A stretch of 64,000 nucleotides of DNA, taken from Octopus sinensis. Its lineage: Eukaryota. Location: contig NC_043000.1 of NCBI RefSeq assembly GCF_006345805.1, positions 104,346,001 to 104,410,000 on the forward strand, given 5' to 3'. Within the stretch, counting starts at the first letter, position 1; every line of letters begins with the position of its first letter. Shown here piece after piece: positions 11,396 to 24,593 of the stretch. The translations under genes and the position numbers were made by a program. Below the pieces are notes generated by a model that saw nothing but the letters and a program-made list of their open reading frames with translations, searched no databases and was not told where the DNA came from.

Positions 11396-12640
11396 TTCTT
11401 GCTGTTAATTTTTATATATACCGTTTCAACATACTGATTCATTTTTAAATTGCAATTTTTAGTGTTTAGCTATAAAAGAAAATTCAAATGTCCGAAGAAC
11501 AGTTTATTTCTGGATTGGAGTATCATCGCATTCAACTATGTAATGTTAATTCGGACATTAGTGTAAATTAGCTTTAGCACTTTGCATTTTACCACATAAT
11601 ATGCTGACTTGGACAGAGTATTCAACTATATGAATTTTAAGAAATCAGATGAGCATAGAAAGTTTGAACACTAAGAAAATTTGAACATCTCACATGCACA
11701 TTACCGAAGTGACAATTGTCGTTATGATCATAAACGTCTTAGCAAACTGTTGAAAAAAACAAAAAACAAAAAAAAAAACAGGGCCCATAGATGTTTATAA
11801 ATCACGAGAAACTGCTCTTTGGACATCAAAAGAAAAGGAACAGAAATTGTGTGAAAGCAATTATGTTAATTCGATTTCAATTTAATTACGATAGTTCCTT
11901 TTTTTTTTAAACAGATATTTTGATATGTATACCCCTTTATGTATTTTTTGCTTAGCTGCTATTCTTTGATACCTATCACTGTTATGTTTTAATATTTAGC
12001 TATCGAAATAGTAAGTTATAAAATTTGTATTGGCAGTCGTTCCTATGCATCATGCCAAAAAAATGACGACGATACGCACTAAATGGTCAATGGGACTCTA
12101 AGTTAAGGGAATCATTTAAACAGAGAACGATTGCAATAGGTTTTCCGACTAAAAGGCTATATTAATGTCTATTCTTTAATTGATATTGCACCATCTAACA
12201 TGCACTTTACCGAAGTGAAGTGAAAATTGTTGTTATGATTATAAACATCTTAGCAAACTGTTAAAGAAAATTGGATCCATTGGTGTTTATAAATCATGAG
12301 AAACTGCTGTTTAGACACCAAAAGAAATTGTGTGAAAGCAATTATGTTAATTGATTTTAATGTAATTACGTTAGTTCCTCTTTTGTTTTCAATAAATATA
12401 TTGATATTTACACCCCTTTATGTTGTTTTTTGCTCAGTTGCCATTCTTTGATACCTCACTTTTATATTTTAATATTTAGTGCCTTTTAGCTACCGAAATA
12501 GTGAGTTATTAATTTTGAACTAGCTGTCGTTCCTATGCATCATTGCCAAAAAATGACGACGATATGCACTAAATGATCAACGGGACTGTAAGTTTTCCAA
12601 CCAAAAGGCTATATTAATGTCTATTTTTCAATTGATATTG

Positions 12641-12780
12641 CACCTCCTCAGAGGTGAGTAAAAATTGCGCTTGCTATCTATTATGGATAGCAACGCGGGG
12701 TATTGGGAATAGTTTTCAACTAGCAATAACCACGCCTCGGATTTACCTCATTGGCCATGGTACCGCCTCTGCGCAAAGCT
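12641..12780 (-). ncRNA. U4: U4 spliceosomal snRNA, copy 3
   Basis: Identical to copy 1. Confidence 0.97.
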
Positions 12781-14172
12781 ACCGAAACTGACGCCATTTT
12801 TCAACTTAACAGAAAATCAACCCTATACAATCACTGATATTGCTTTTCACTTTATTGTTATTCATTAATTCCCGTGAATAGTAGCAATAGATTTCTTTAG
12901 TGGCTATGCATCGGTTGTATATATTTAATTGTTTAACTAATACAAGAATGCCAAATATTTAGTTTTTATATCATATTTATGTTTTTATATGTTTGGTATA
13001 TGACTTCATACAGAAGTGACCTTTGTTTGATGATGTCAAGGCCATTAGACTGACGTTTATTTTTCTGTTTATACCTGCACAAAGCCATCGGTTGCTCATC
13101 CAGAATTTGTATCTGGGTTCTCGACAAAACTCATACACTGACAAACACACATATACACGCACACACAAAGGTAATTCCAATGCTTTCTCTGCTTTTCTAA
13201 TTATTAAGTTTAGTGTTATATTGAGTACTTTTCTACGGAAGTGAAATCAGAATTTAATTCAGAATTATTCCTACCTAAATTTAGGCCGCATGGCACTTCC
13301 ACTGCGCACACGGAATTTGCCATGGCGCAAATTTCCACCTTTCTACGGAAATTTTAGGCATCTTCAGAATATTAAAAACAATTGAAAATCATTATAGATT
13401 TGAAATATTCAGAGGACAAATGACATTGAATATAAAAATAATTCATTTTTAGAAACGTTTTTGAAATACTTTTAATTCTTTCATTATATATAATGAAGAT
13501 AAAACCCCGTTATCTATGCAAACTTTTGTTTGTTCTCGCGGAGAATTACTTATGCCTTTGGCCCATTCGATTACGATTTCAAAAACAAAAAACAAAAAAA
13601 AATTTATATGGAACAGTAAAAGTTGTAAAATATGACTATTGCAGTCAATTTGATATAGTAAAGTAGCAGAGTATAACAATATTCTTGCTGTTCTATATAT
13701 AAGAGATGAGGAATTATGTACATTATTTACGTTATTTACAGTTGACGGATATTTGTCTTCATCTTTTTTGTTGTTAACAAAACTTTTCGGCTGACATACC
13801 CCCAATCTTCATCAGGTGTCTTGGGGAAATTTCGAACATGAGTTCTCATTCTTAAGGTATTTTTCGATGTTGTTGTTGTTGGTGTTGTTGATATCACATC
13901 TAGACTCACCACTTGGCTTGATTCAATTCTGTGAAGTGGGTGGAATTCTTCACGTACGATGTTGACTGTTCTGCTAATGGACTGATTATATCCACAAGGA
14001 AGCGGCTCAGTGGATGAATACAACCAGATGGTGAGTCTAGATGTGATAAGTCTGTTCACTAAAGTCCCAACTGGTGAAGCACTATCGGTGATTCAAGAAA
14101 AACTAGTGATAGTCATCCATCTAAAAGAACGCACTAGTATACCAATAAGAAACTTGATGGAAATGTTAACCT

Positions 14173-14720
14173 TGTAACGAACTCGTGTGAATATCTTCTC
14201 TGGACCTTTTGGGGGTGCGAGAAGCAATCACTTTCCGTTGCTTTAATAATCCAGATTCTCTACCAGTCAGAAACAACAAGACGCAGACGTAAATAATATA
14301 TATCTACTTTATTCTCTTATGTGGTAACAGATAATTGGTGTATCTGGCATCCCTTTGGTATAGATGTGTCTCAGCTGAACCTTATCGCTGTAAAATAAGA
14401 AAGTGTTCAAATGCAAAACGACACTTGTCAAAGATGGCGTCCGGAGAAAGGAAGATGATGTAGTCTGCAACAATTTGGTTAAAGCCTTCGGCCGACTGCT
14501 ATCAAAATTGGACAGAGAGAATATACGTGTTGTACCTTCGATAGCCATGTCTCAAGTCGCTGCTGACTGCTGCTAGTGGTCAAACGCTCTACGATCCCCT
14601 TGCCTCGGCTAACTGCCACGTAGGCAAAAGGGTCCTACTTCCGTGGTGAAAGCACCAACCCCGCACGCGCGAAACAGGAATGGACGGTGCGCGCGCGCGC
14701 CGCTGTATAGCGTCACTACA
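14173..14720. mobile_element. Solo LTR (548 bp) inserted in Penelope copy 2
   Basis: TGTAACGA...TCACTACA termini, 4-bp TSD ACCT (14169-14172 and 14721-14724), empty site visible in copy 1 at ~10073. Confidence 0.88.
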
Positions 14721-15769
14721 ACCTTCTGTGTAGAAACTACCTACTTAAATATGGACACTGCTATATATCAACAAGAAGAGGGTTTAGCTATTGGTTCGCT
14801 ATTATCACCGATAATAGCCAATATATAATGGAATACTTTGAGAATTTGACTTTAGGATCTACAACACTAAAACCAACCCTATGGTTGCGATATGTTGATG
14901 ACACCTTCATACTCTGGCCTCACCAGGAAGATATCCCAGTGCTGTTAGATCATGTGAACTCAATAAAGCCATCCATACAGTTCACAATGGAAAAAGAAAA
15001 AAGACAATCAGCTAGCATTCCTGGACGTATTAATTATACGCACCAAGTAATTATTCAGGACATCCGTATACCGCAAGCCGACCTTCACTGGACGATGTCT
15101 CAACTTCAACTCCCGTCATCCATACAGTGTAAAGATATGGATTGCTCAGTGCCTAAAACATCGAGCAATGAATATAAGTAGCGATCGTGATACCCACCAC
15201 AAAGAATTGATTAAGCTCAGTAACACTCTATTGAGCAACAACTACCCCAAAAGCATTCTCTCCACTCCAATTATGAATAAAAGAGAGGATAAAACCAATA
15301 AACTGTCCACAGTCTGTCTACCCTATGTGGAAGGCCCCTCCGAAAAGATACAAAAGATATGTAGCCCATATGACATCAGGACAGTATTCAAAAGTAATAT
15401 AACACTTCGCAAATATCTCTTTCGAGTAAAACCACCAACAGAAGAGAATATGACTAAGAACTGCGTGTACTCCATCGCATGCAGTTGTCGTAGGTTATAC
15501 AAAGGCGAAACATGCCGCCCTTTCAAAATAATGATAGAGAAACATCGCAAAGCTGTGACACGAGGAGATATTGATAAATCGGGTATAGCTGATCATGTAT
15601 GAAAAAATGGAGACCACCTCCCCCTGTGGGATAAAGTTAAAATAATAGACAGTGAACACCACTGGAAAATACGAGAACTAAAAGAAGCAGCACATGTGCT
15701 AGGACACAACAACCTCCTAAGCAGACCAAGTGCAGATATGAACAGCATATGGGAACCGGTATCAAGGAA

Positions 15770-15999
15770 GGCGGCGAGCTGGCAGAAACGTTAGCACGCC
15801 GGATGAAATGCTTAGCGGTATTTCGTCTGTCGTTACGTTGTGAGTTCAAATTCCGCCGAGGTCAACTTTGCCTTTCATCCTTTCGGGGTCGATAAATTAA
15901 GTACCAGTTACGCTCTGGGGTCGATATAATCGACTTAATACCTATGTCTGTCCTTGTTTGTCCCCTCTATGTTTAGCCCCTGTGGGTAATAAAGAAATA
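15770..15999 (+). mobile_element. Full-length tRNA-derived SINE
   Basis: GGCGGCGAGCTGGCAGAA head, B box GAGTTCAAATTCC, body GCCTTTCATCCTTTCGGGGTCGATAAA, A-rich tail, 12-bp TSD GGTATCAAGGAA; empty site at ~11110. Confidence 0.9.
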
Positions 16000-17559
16000 G
16001 GTATCAAGGAAGGATAGGAGAATATTAGACTTATGAGTCCTAAAAATTCACTCCATAATTGCCCACTGGCATATGGCGTAGGTTAAGAGCGCTGGCTACT
16101 AACTCCAAGTTCGATTCCAGGCAGTGACCTTAATAATAATAACAACATCGAAAAATACCTTAGGAATGAGAACCCAGGTTCGAAATTTCCCCAAGACACC
16201 AGATTAATGCTTGAGGGTATATCAGCCGAAACGTTGTGTTAACAACAAACAAGATGAGGACAAATATCCATCAATTGTAAATAATATTCTTGCTGTTAAT
16301 TTTTATATATACCGTTTCAACATACTGATTCATTTTTAAATTGCAATTTTTAGTGTTTAGCTATAAAAGAAAATTCAAATGTCCGAAGAACAGTTTATTT
16401 CTGGATTGGAGTATCAACGCATTCAACTATGTAATGTTAATTCGGACATAGTGTAAATTAGCTTTAGCACTTTGCATTTTACCACATAATATGCTGACTT
16501 GGACAGAGTATTCAACTATATGAATTTTAAGAAATCAGATGAGCATAGAAAGTTTGAACACTAAGAAAATTTGAACATCTCACATGCACATTACCGAAGT
16601 GACAATTGTCGTTATGATCATAAACGTCTTAGCAAACTGTTGAAAAAAACAAAAACAAAAAAAAAAACAGGGCCCATAGATGTTTATAAATCACGAGAAA
16701 CTGCTCTTTGGACATCAAAAGAAAAGGAACAGAAATTGTGTGAAAGCAATTATGTTAATTCGATTTCAATTTAATTACGATAGTTCCTTTTTTATTTTAA
16801 ACAGATATTTTGATATGTATACCCCTTTATGTATTTTTTGCTTAGCTGCTATTCTTTGATACCTATCACTGTTATGTTCTAATATTTAGCTATCGAAATA
16901 GTAAGTTATAAAATTTTGTATTGGCAGTCGTTCCTATGCATCATGCCAAAAAATGACGACGATACGCACTAAATGGTCAATGGGACTCTAAGTTAAGGGA
17001 ATCATTTAAACAGAGAACGATTGCAATAGGGTTTCCGACTAAAAGGCTATATTAATGTCTATTCTTTAATTGATATTGCACCATCTAACATGCACTTTAC
17101 CGAAGTGAAGTGAAAATTGTTGTTATGATTATAAACATCTTAGCAAACTGTTGAAGAAAATTGGATCCATTGATGTTTATAAATCATGAGAAACTGCTGT
17201 TTAGACACCAAAAGAAATTGTGTGAAAGCAATTATGTTAATTTGATTTTAATTTAATTACGTTAGTTCCTCTTTTGTTTTCAATAAATATATTGATATTT
17301 ACACCCCTTTCTGTTGTTTTTTGCTCAGTTGCTATCCTTTGATACCTCACTTTTATATTTTAATATTTAGTGCCTTTTAGCTACCGAAATAGTGAGTTAA
17401 TAAATTTTGAACTAGCTGTCGTTCCTATGCATCATTGCCAAAAAATGACGATGATATGCACTAAATGATCAACGGGACTGTAAGTCCTGAGGAGACCACC
17501 ACTGCAGTAAGTTTTCCAACCAAAAGGCTATATTAATGTCTATTTTTCAATTGATATTG

Positions 17560-17699
17560 CACCTCCTCAGAGGTGAGTAAAAATTGCGTTTGCTATCTAT
17601 TATGGATAGCAACGCGGGGTATTGGGAATAGTTTTCAACTAGCAATAACCACGCCTCGGATTTACCTCATTGGCCATGGTACCGCCTCTGCGCAAAGCT
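17560..17699 (-). ncRNA. U4: U4 spliceosomal snRNA, copy 4
   Basis: Identical to copy 2. Confidence 0.97.
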
Positions 17700-18672
17700 A
17701 CCGAAACTGACGCCATTTTTCAACTTAACAGAAAATCAACCCTATACAATCACTGATATTGCTTTTCACTTTATTGTTATTCATTAATTCCCGTGAATAG
17801 TAGCAATAGATTTCTTTAGTGGCTATGCATCGGTTGTATATATTTAATTGTTTAACTAATTCAAGAATGCCGAATATTTAGTTTTTATATCATATTACTG
17901 TTTTCATATGTTTGGTATATGACTTTATACAGAAGTGACCTTTGTTTGATGATGTCAAGGCCGTTAGACTGACGTTTATTTTTTGTTTGTGCCTGCACAA
18001 AGCTATCGACAGCTCATCCAGAATTTGTGTCTCGGTCCTCGATAAAACTCATACACTGACAAACAAACATACACACGCATGCATGCATGCACGCACACAC
18101 ACATACACACACACACACACACACAATCACCCACGTAAGTTTTGTTTATTCCCGCACAAAGCCATCGGCAGCTAATCTAGAATTTAATTCCCGGCCCAGG
18201 ACAAAACTCATCGGTACAAACACTCATACATACGCATGCACGACCGGACCTATGCACATACATGCGCGTATATACACGGACACACACACACACACACATG
18301 CACACCCACGTGATTTCAATGCCTTCTCTTTCTGTTTTTTTAGTGTTAAATGTAATGTTACATTGAGTACTTTTCCACCAAAGTGAAATCAGAATTGAAT
18401 TCGGAATTTTCTTACCTAAATTTAGGTCGCATGTCATTTCAACTACGCACTCAGAATTTGCTGTTGTACAAATTTCCACATTTCTCCAGGAATTTCAATC
18501 ATCATCAGAATATTAGAGACAATAAAAATCATTATAGATTTGAAATATTCGTAGGACAAATTACACTAAATATAAAAATAATTTATTCTTATAAACGTTT
18601 TTGAAATACTTTTAATCCCTTCATTATAACAAGCGCAAAACCCGCAATCCATGCAAACTTTTATGTTTGTTC

Positions 18673-18869
18673 TGTGGTGTGTGCGAGATAGTTGATATAT
18701 AAAGGCACCTACCTTCTCTTCGCTCCGATAGAGACCCTTCAGTGGTAACGGATCCTTCGTCACAGCCCCGACCCGAACGCTAAAGATAGCAGCTGCTTCA
18801 CCCAACCTTAGCAACGTCTTCACACGTCTTAACACCTCGACAACCCACGTTGGAAAGGCCGAAATCCCC
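18673..18869 (-). mobile_element. Truncated solo LTR of the Gypsy element at 3344-7388
   Basis: 197 bp with the left junction of 3344 and the right junction of 7388; no internal region. Confidence 0.93.
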
Positions 18870-19711
18870 TGCTGCTTCATTAAAAAACAAAATCGACATT
18901 GAATGAATAAACAAGTGTAACAATAAAAGTTGTAAAATATGACTATCACAGTCATTTTGATATTATAAAGCAGTAGAGTATAACAATATTCTTGCAGTTA
19001 TTTTTTATATATAAATTTTCAACATTCTGATTATATTATATTTTTAAATTGCAATTTTTAATGTTTAGCTAAAAAAACAAAAAAAAAAAAAGAAAACAGT
19101 TTATTTCTGGATTGTAGTATCATCGCATTCGACTGTTTAATACCAATTCGCTTTTCCTTTTCCCACATAATTTCCTGAAATGTCCAGAGTATTCAACAAT
19201 ATGAATTTTATGAAATCAGATGAGCATAGAAAGTTTGAACATCACACATGCACTTTACCGAAGTGAAAATTGTTATGATTATAAACATCTTAGCAAACTG
19301 TTGAAGAAAACTGGACCCATAGATGTTTATAAATCATGAGAAACTGCTGTTTGAACATCAAAAGTAATTGTGTGAAAGCAATTATGTTAATTTGATTTTA
19401 ATTCAATTACGTTAGCTCCTCTATTGTTGTTAATAAATATATTGATATTTACACCCCTTTATGTGACTTTTTGCTCAGTTGCTATTCTTTGATACCTGTA
19501 ACTTTTATATTTTAATATTTAGTGCCTTTTAGCTACCGAAATAGTGAGTTATTAAATTTTGATGTAGCTGTCGTTCCTATGCATCATTGCCAAAAAATGA
19601 CGACGATACACACTAAATGATCAACGGAACTCTAAGTTCTGAGGAGACCACCACTGCAGTAAGTTTTCCAACCAAAAGGCTATATTAATGTCTATTCTTT
19701 AATTGATATTG

Positions 19712-19851
19712 CACCTCCTCAGAGGTGAGTAAAAATTGCGTTTGCTATCTATTATGGATAGCAACGCGGGGTATTGGGAATAGTTTTCAACTAGCAATAA
19801 CCACGCCTCGGATTTACCTCATTGGCCATGGTACCGCCTCTGCGCAAAGCT
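19712..19851 (-). ncRNA. U4: U4 spliceosomal snRNA, copy 5
   Basis: Identical to copy 2. Confidence 0.97.
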
Positions 19852-20618
19852 ACCGAAAATAACGCCATTTGTCAACTTAACAGAAAATCAACCTTATACA
19901 ATCACTGATATTGCTTTTCACTTTATTGTTATTCATTAATTCCCGTGAATAGTAGCAATAGATTTCTTTAGTGGCTGTGCATCGGTTGTATATATTTAAT
20001 TGTTTAACTAATACAAGAATGCCAAATATGTAGTTTTTATATCATATTTCTGTTTTCATATGTTTGGTATATGACTTCATACAGAAGTGACCTTTGTTTG
20101 ATGACGTCAAGGCCGTTAGACTGACGTTTATTTTTTGTTTGTGCCTGCGCAAAGCTATCGGCAGCTCATCCAGAATTTATATCCCGGTCCTCGACAAAAT
20201 TCATACACTGGCACGCACGCAAACATATGCGCGCGTGCTTACGTAATTTCAATGCTTTCTCTTCTTTTTATATTATTAGTGTTACCTTGGTTACTTTTAC
20301 ACTAAAGTGAAATCAGAATTTGATTTGAAATTGTCTTACCTAAATTTAGACCGCATGATACTTCCACTACGCACTCAGAATTTTCCATGGTGCAAATTTC
20401 CTCATTTCTACAGGAATTTTAGTCATCATCAAAAGATTAGAAACAATTGAAAATCGTCATAGATTTGAAACATTCGTAGGACAAATATCACTGAATATAA
20501 AAATAATTCATTTTTATAAATGCTTTTGAAATACTTTTAATTCCTTCATTACATACAACTCAAAACCCCACTATCCACGCAAATTCTTATGCTTGTTCCT
20601 GCGGAGAATTACTTATGT

Positions 20619-22860
20619 CAGGGGTGTCCAGTACGTCGATCACGATCTACCGATCGATCGCAAAGGCAGTGTGGGTAGATCGCATGGCATTAAAAAAACA
20701 GACGTCAGCCTATCCACTGCTATGAAATTTGTCACTTGATTGGCATACAGGGCAGCCAGTCTGACATCTGACCTTCTCTGAAACATGCGTCACCACGCAT
20801 GCGCATACAACGGTGCTAAGTGCTGCAAAACTCTCGCAAGCTAGTTAGTGGGGGAGCTGGACCAAGTAAGAAACCAAAAATCTACCACTTCCATACAGAA
20901 TGGGAGGAGGACTTTTTTTTTCAAAATGTTATATTCGAAGTGCGTTTGCCTCATCTGCCAGTGTGCCATTGCTATTCCGAAGAAGAGAAATGTGGTGCGG
21001 CATTTTCGGATCTTTCATAAAACTATGGCACTGACCCCACCCCCGAAAAGCGAGCTGAGAAAGAGAGTAGTGATGGAACTAAAATCCCAGTTGTCTGGAC
21101 AGTTGTCATTTTTCACACAGCTAACTTCAAAAGCAAAGGTAGCCACCGAAGTTCATTCCAGTTGAGCCACTTCATCGTTAAGAACAAGAAATCCTTTCAA
21201 GATGGAGAGATGGTAAAAGAGGCATTCATTGAAGCAGCTGACTCGTTGTTCCGAGACTTTAAAAACAAACCAGAAATACTATCTTCAATCAAAGCTCTCC
21301 AACTATCACGAAGTACGGTTATACGGCGCAGTGAAGCCATGGTCGAGGATTTGACCCAACAACTCTGGAAAGACATCGCGAACTGCGAGTGTTTCTCACT
21401 GCAGTTGGACGAGTCTACAGATGTGAGTGACACGGCCCAGCTGTGCATTTTTATTCGGATGGTGTTTACCGATATGACTACAAAAGAGGAGCTGTTAACA
21501 GTACTGCCCCTGAAAGAACATACGCGAGGAGAGGACATATTTCAGTCTTCCAAAAACTTTATCGAGAAAACTCAGCTCCCAGTGTGCAAATTGGTGTCCA
21601 TAACCACGGGCGGAGCACCCACGATGGTTGGCCGGCCAAATGGATTTATTGCCAAGTACAGGGAGTACGATGCTTTCCCGGACTTCCTCAATTACCACTG
21701 TATAATACACCAACGAGCGTTATGCGCAAAAATGCTCAACATGAAAGAGATAATGGATGTGGCAACGAAGATCGCTTGTTCTATTCGTGCCAGATCTCTT
21801 CAAAGACGGGTATTCCGTGCGCATCTGGAGCAGGTTGACTGTCACCAATTTGAGTTGTTGCTACACACTGACGTGAGATGGCTTAGTCGAGGAAAATTCC
21901 TGCAATGATTTCAGGAGTTCTGTCCGGAGATTAAGGAGATTTTCCGTGAAGTTAAACATGCAGAATACAACCAACTAAATGACAATCTGTGACTACTAGA
22001 CTTGGCATATTTAACCGATCTGACCAACATGTTGAATGACCTTAGTGTAGAGCTGCAAGAAAAAGATAAAACCGTGATCAATATCATCAGCTCAGTTAAT
22101 GCTTTCAAACGAAAAATGCAACATCTCTCCTCAAAGCTGCAGTGCCATGATTTGGTAAACTTAAAGAACCTCACATCAGAACTAGAGAGCCAAGGGAAGG
22201 TGTGTGTGTGTGTGCAACTTGACAGTGCACGCTACACAAAGCAGATTGACAATTGTCTGTCAGAGTTTGACAAACGCTTTCAAGACTTTGTTTTACTCAA
22301 GCCAGTCGCTACCCTTTTCGGAAAGATACCGAGGTTGATTCACTCGCATCAAAAATTGTAACACTGCTTCATCTGAACTCTTCTAGAGTGGAGGGTGAGA
22401 TTTTGATACTACAGGCTGACATTCAGCTGAAGTCAAGGGCTCACGGACAGTTCTGGAACTTACTCACAGAGGAAAAGTACCCCGACATGAGGAAATGTGC
22501 TACCTCCTTGACTGCATTGTTTGGCTTCACTTATGAGAGTCAACCTTTTCTCGGATAAAATGAAGATTATCAAGTCCAAATATCGTTCTACCATGACTGA
22601 TAATCATTTGGAAGTGTGCTTTAGGCTAGCTACCAGCAGCTACTGTCCGGACTATGCATTCCTGGCTGATTCCATCCAGTGCAAGTCATCAGAGTAAGGT
22701 AATGACAAAAAATGTACAGAGAAATAGTATGTTGAAGTTGATATATAATAGTGAAGTGTTGTTAGGAACACGTTATCTTGACTGGTGAAATGCATGCGTT
22801 TTTTCTTTACACATTGTAAATGCAGATGACAGCGTAAAAACCTCAGTTTGGAGGAGTTAA
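20619..22860 (+). mobile_element. hAT (Charlie/Buster/SPIN-like) DNA transposon with disrupted transposase; right end not seen
   Basis: Left terminus CAGGGGTGTCC; BED-like CVCLIC..RHF; FSLQLDESTDVSDTAQL, HCIIHQ, VRWLSRG; dimerisation region ends ~22697; stops and frameshifts. Right boundary approximate. Confidence 0.88.
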
Positions 22861-23265
22861 TTTTATTATTCCATAAAAGATAACTTTATAAATTTTGGCT
22901 AAAAAGGTATTGCCTTGAAATTATTTTTCAGTGAAAGAGGAGAGTGTAAAATAGTTACACTCAAAAATTAAAAACAAATTTATTCTTCATAATATATTTT
23001 AAATATTTGACATATTTGCTCCCTTAATTTCCATCCACGTTTTAGAAATGTTATCATAGGGCTTCAATTCCGACACGAACAGGAGATAAATACATATAAA
23101 CAGAATAGGGTGAAATAAGTTTATTCTATGCTTCAATGAACAAAATGTGCGTACATGCATGATACATCTAAACAGAAGAATTTTTGTCGAAAAATTAGGC
23201 ATATAAAGTGTTCATTTGAAATAAAAACGGTTGAGCAATGATGGAATCGGAGTTAAAAGACTGCA

Positions 23266-24498
23266 TTACATAACAATGGTCTTCCTTACGTCGATTGTAA
23301 ATGTTTTGATTTCCTTCTGCCAAGTTTTTGTATTAAAGTAAAAGAAACACCCCCGTTCCCAGTCACTGCCGGTGGCATCGGGAATGACACCAGGAATTCT
23401 GGACATCCATATTTTTTCAATTTTGTTATAACGCCATTCTCGTTTGAAGAGTTCAAACGAAGCCGCCATTTGCATCGTATCTCCAACATATACGTAAAAT
23501 AGATAAAACAATACATCATCGGAGTACCTTGAAAGTTTTACTGGAGGCAATTGCTCCTTTATTCTGTAATTGTTTATGTATTCGGTGGGATTATATTGAT
23601 CAATGTTTTTTGGTTGAGCAGGAATCGGTGTCCAGGGATTTTTGAATTTGTCCAATTGACTTCCATTTTTATTCGGTAACAATTTGTTTAAATTCAGGCC
23701 AGTCAAATGCTCGTTACCCGGTGGCAAACTTCGTTTTAATTCTAAGTCTTGAAAGAAAGACAAGAGCCCAAAATCATAACCAGCATTAATGTTTCGATTT
23801 TTTGTAGCACTGTACCTAGATTCCGGCATACTACCTCGCACGTTTAGAGGAGGTTTCTTTCTTCCGTCTGTGATACTTGGATGTTCGTGTGGGAACTGCT
23901 GTACTGGTGTAATTCCTGATAACGCTGAATGATCACTAGTAAGTGAGAAAGTCGTGCCTTTTGGAGTCGCATAATCGTCGAGGATAGTATTAGTGGAAGG
24001 AATTGCGTTCTCCTGCTTCCCTGCCCACTGCCACGTTGATGCACAAGTGCTTGGATCCATCCAAGTTTTGGAAACATCAGCATAGGTAGGGACTATTCCT
24101 CTTGAGGCATTGAATTGTGCATGTCTTTCCTGAATTTCGCGAGATGTAGTCGATTTGAACCTGGTTTTGTTTTGTTTGTGCGTTATACTGGGTTGATGAC
24201 TAACAGTTTTAGAGTCTGATATTTTATTATATATTTTGCCACTTGATTGATCCATGGTGATATGTAAATCAAGGTTTAGTTTATCGTCTAAAAGCGGTAA
24301 CGATAGATTAGAAAATGCAGTGGAAGATTGTAGATTTGACTCGTTTTCATTCAGCTGAACATTGTCCTTATGTGTTGTAGCCCCATATTTCACAACGTTT
24401 GAATACAGGCATGGATGGTTTGCAGTTCGTGAACGATACGTATAATTTCCTTCTCCAAGGCACAAAGAAACATTTTCTCTGTTTTGATTAGAATTCAT
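23266..24498 (-). CDS. CNOT2: CNOT2/Regena-like protein (NOT2/3/5 NOT-box at C-terminus), intronless, 410 aa
   Basis: C-terminal ~170 aa follow the CNOT2 pattern: FGLLSF, LTGLNLN, FKNPW, PTEYINN.RIKEQLPPVKLSRYSDDVLFYLFY, ELFKREWRYNK.EKIWM, ERGCFFYFN..TWQK. ORF uninterrupted. Confidence 0.88.
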   Translation of the reverse strand: MNSNQNRENVSLCLGEGNYTYRSRTANHPCLYSNVVKYGATTHKDNVQLNENESNLQSSTAFSNLSLPLLDDKLNLDLHITMDQSSGKIYNKISDSKTVSHQPSITHKQNKTRFKSTTSREIQERHAQFNASRGIVPTYADVSKTWMDPSTCASTWQWAGKQENAIPSTNTILDDYATPKGTTFSLTSDHSALSGITPVQQFPHEHPSITDGRKKPPLNVRGSMPESRYSATKNRNINAGYDFGLLSFFQDLELKRSLPPGNEHLTGLNLNKLLPNKNGSQLDKFKNPWTPIPAQPKNIDQYNPTEYINNYRIKEQLPPVKLSRYSDDVLFYLFYVYVGDTMQMAASFELFKREWRYNKIEKIWMSRIPGVIPDATGSDWERGCFFYFNTKTWQKEIKTFTIDVRKTIVM

Positions 24499-24593
24499 TT
24501 TTATCTGGGCAGATATTCTGGAAACACAGCACAGTTACATCTGAATATGGCACTGCCTGTAAAAGACTGTGTAAACTAACCAAGCTTTCAACT

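Larger units (their letters stand above)
13701..16290 (+). mobile_element. Penelope-like element copy 2 (duplicate of copy 1) with two nested insertions
   Basis: Same junctions, inversion and stop codons as 9585-11395, so it was duplicated with the array unit rather than inserted independently. Confidence 0.92.
511..20618 (-). repeat. Tandem array of U4 snRNA gene units (basic unit ~2 kb) with nested TE insertions
   Basis: The same spacer blocks (e.g. gctgtcgttcctatgcatcattgccaaaaaatgacgacg; gaagtgaaatcagaatt) recur around each U4 copy. Copy-to-copy spacings are 6143, 4116, 4919 and 2152 bp, with differences explained by insertions and partial duplications. Confidence 0.93.

Noticed and set aside
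20820-22697. Domesticated GTF2IRD2/EPM2AIP1-like gene
   Set aside because: Multiple stops and frameshifts plus a transposon terminus indicate a decayed hAT element.
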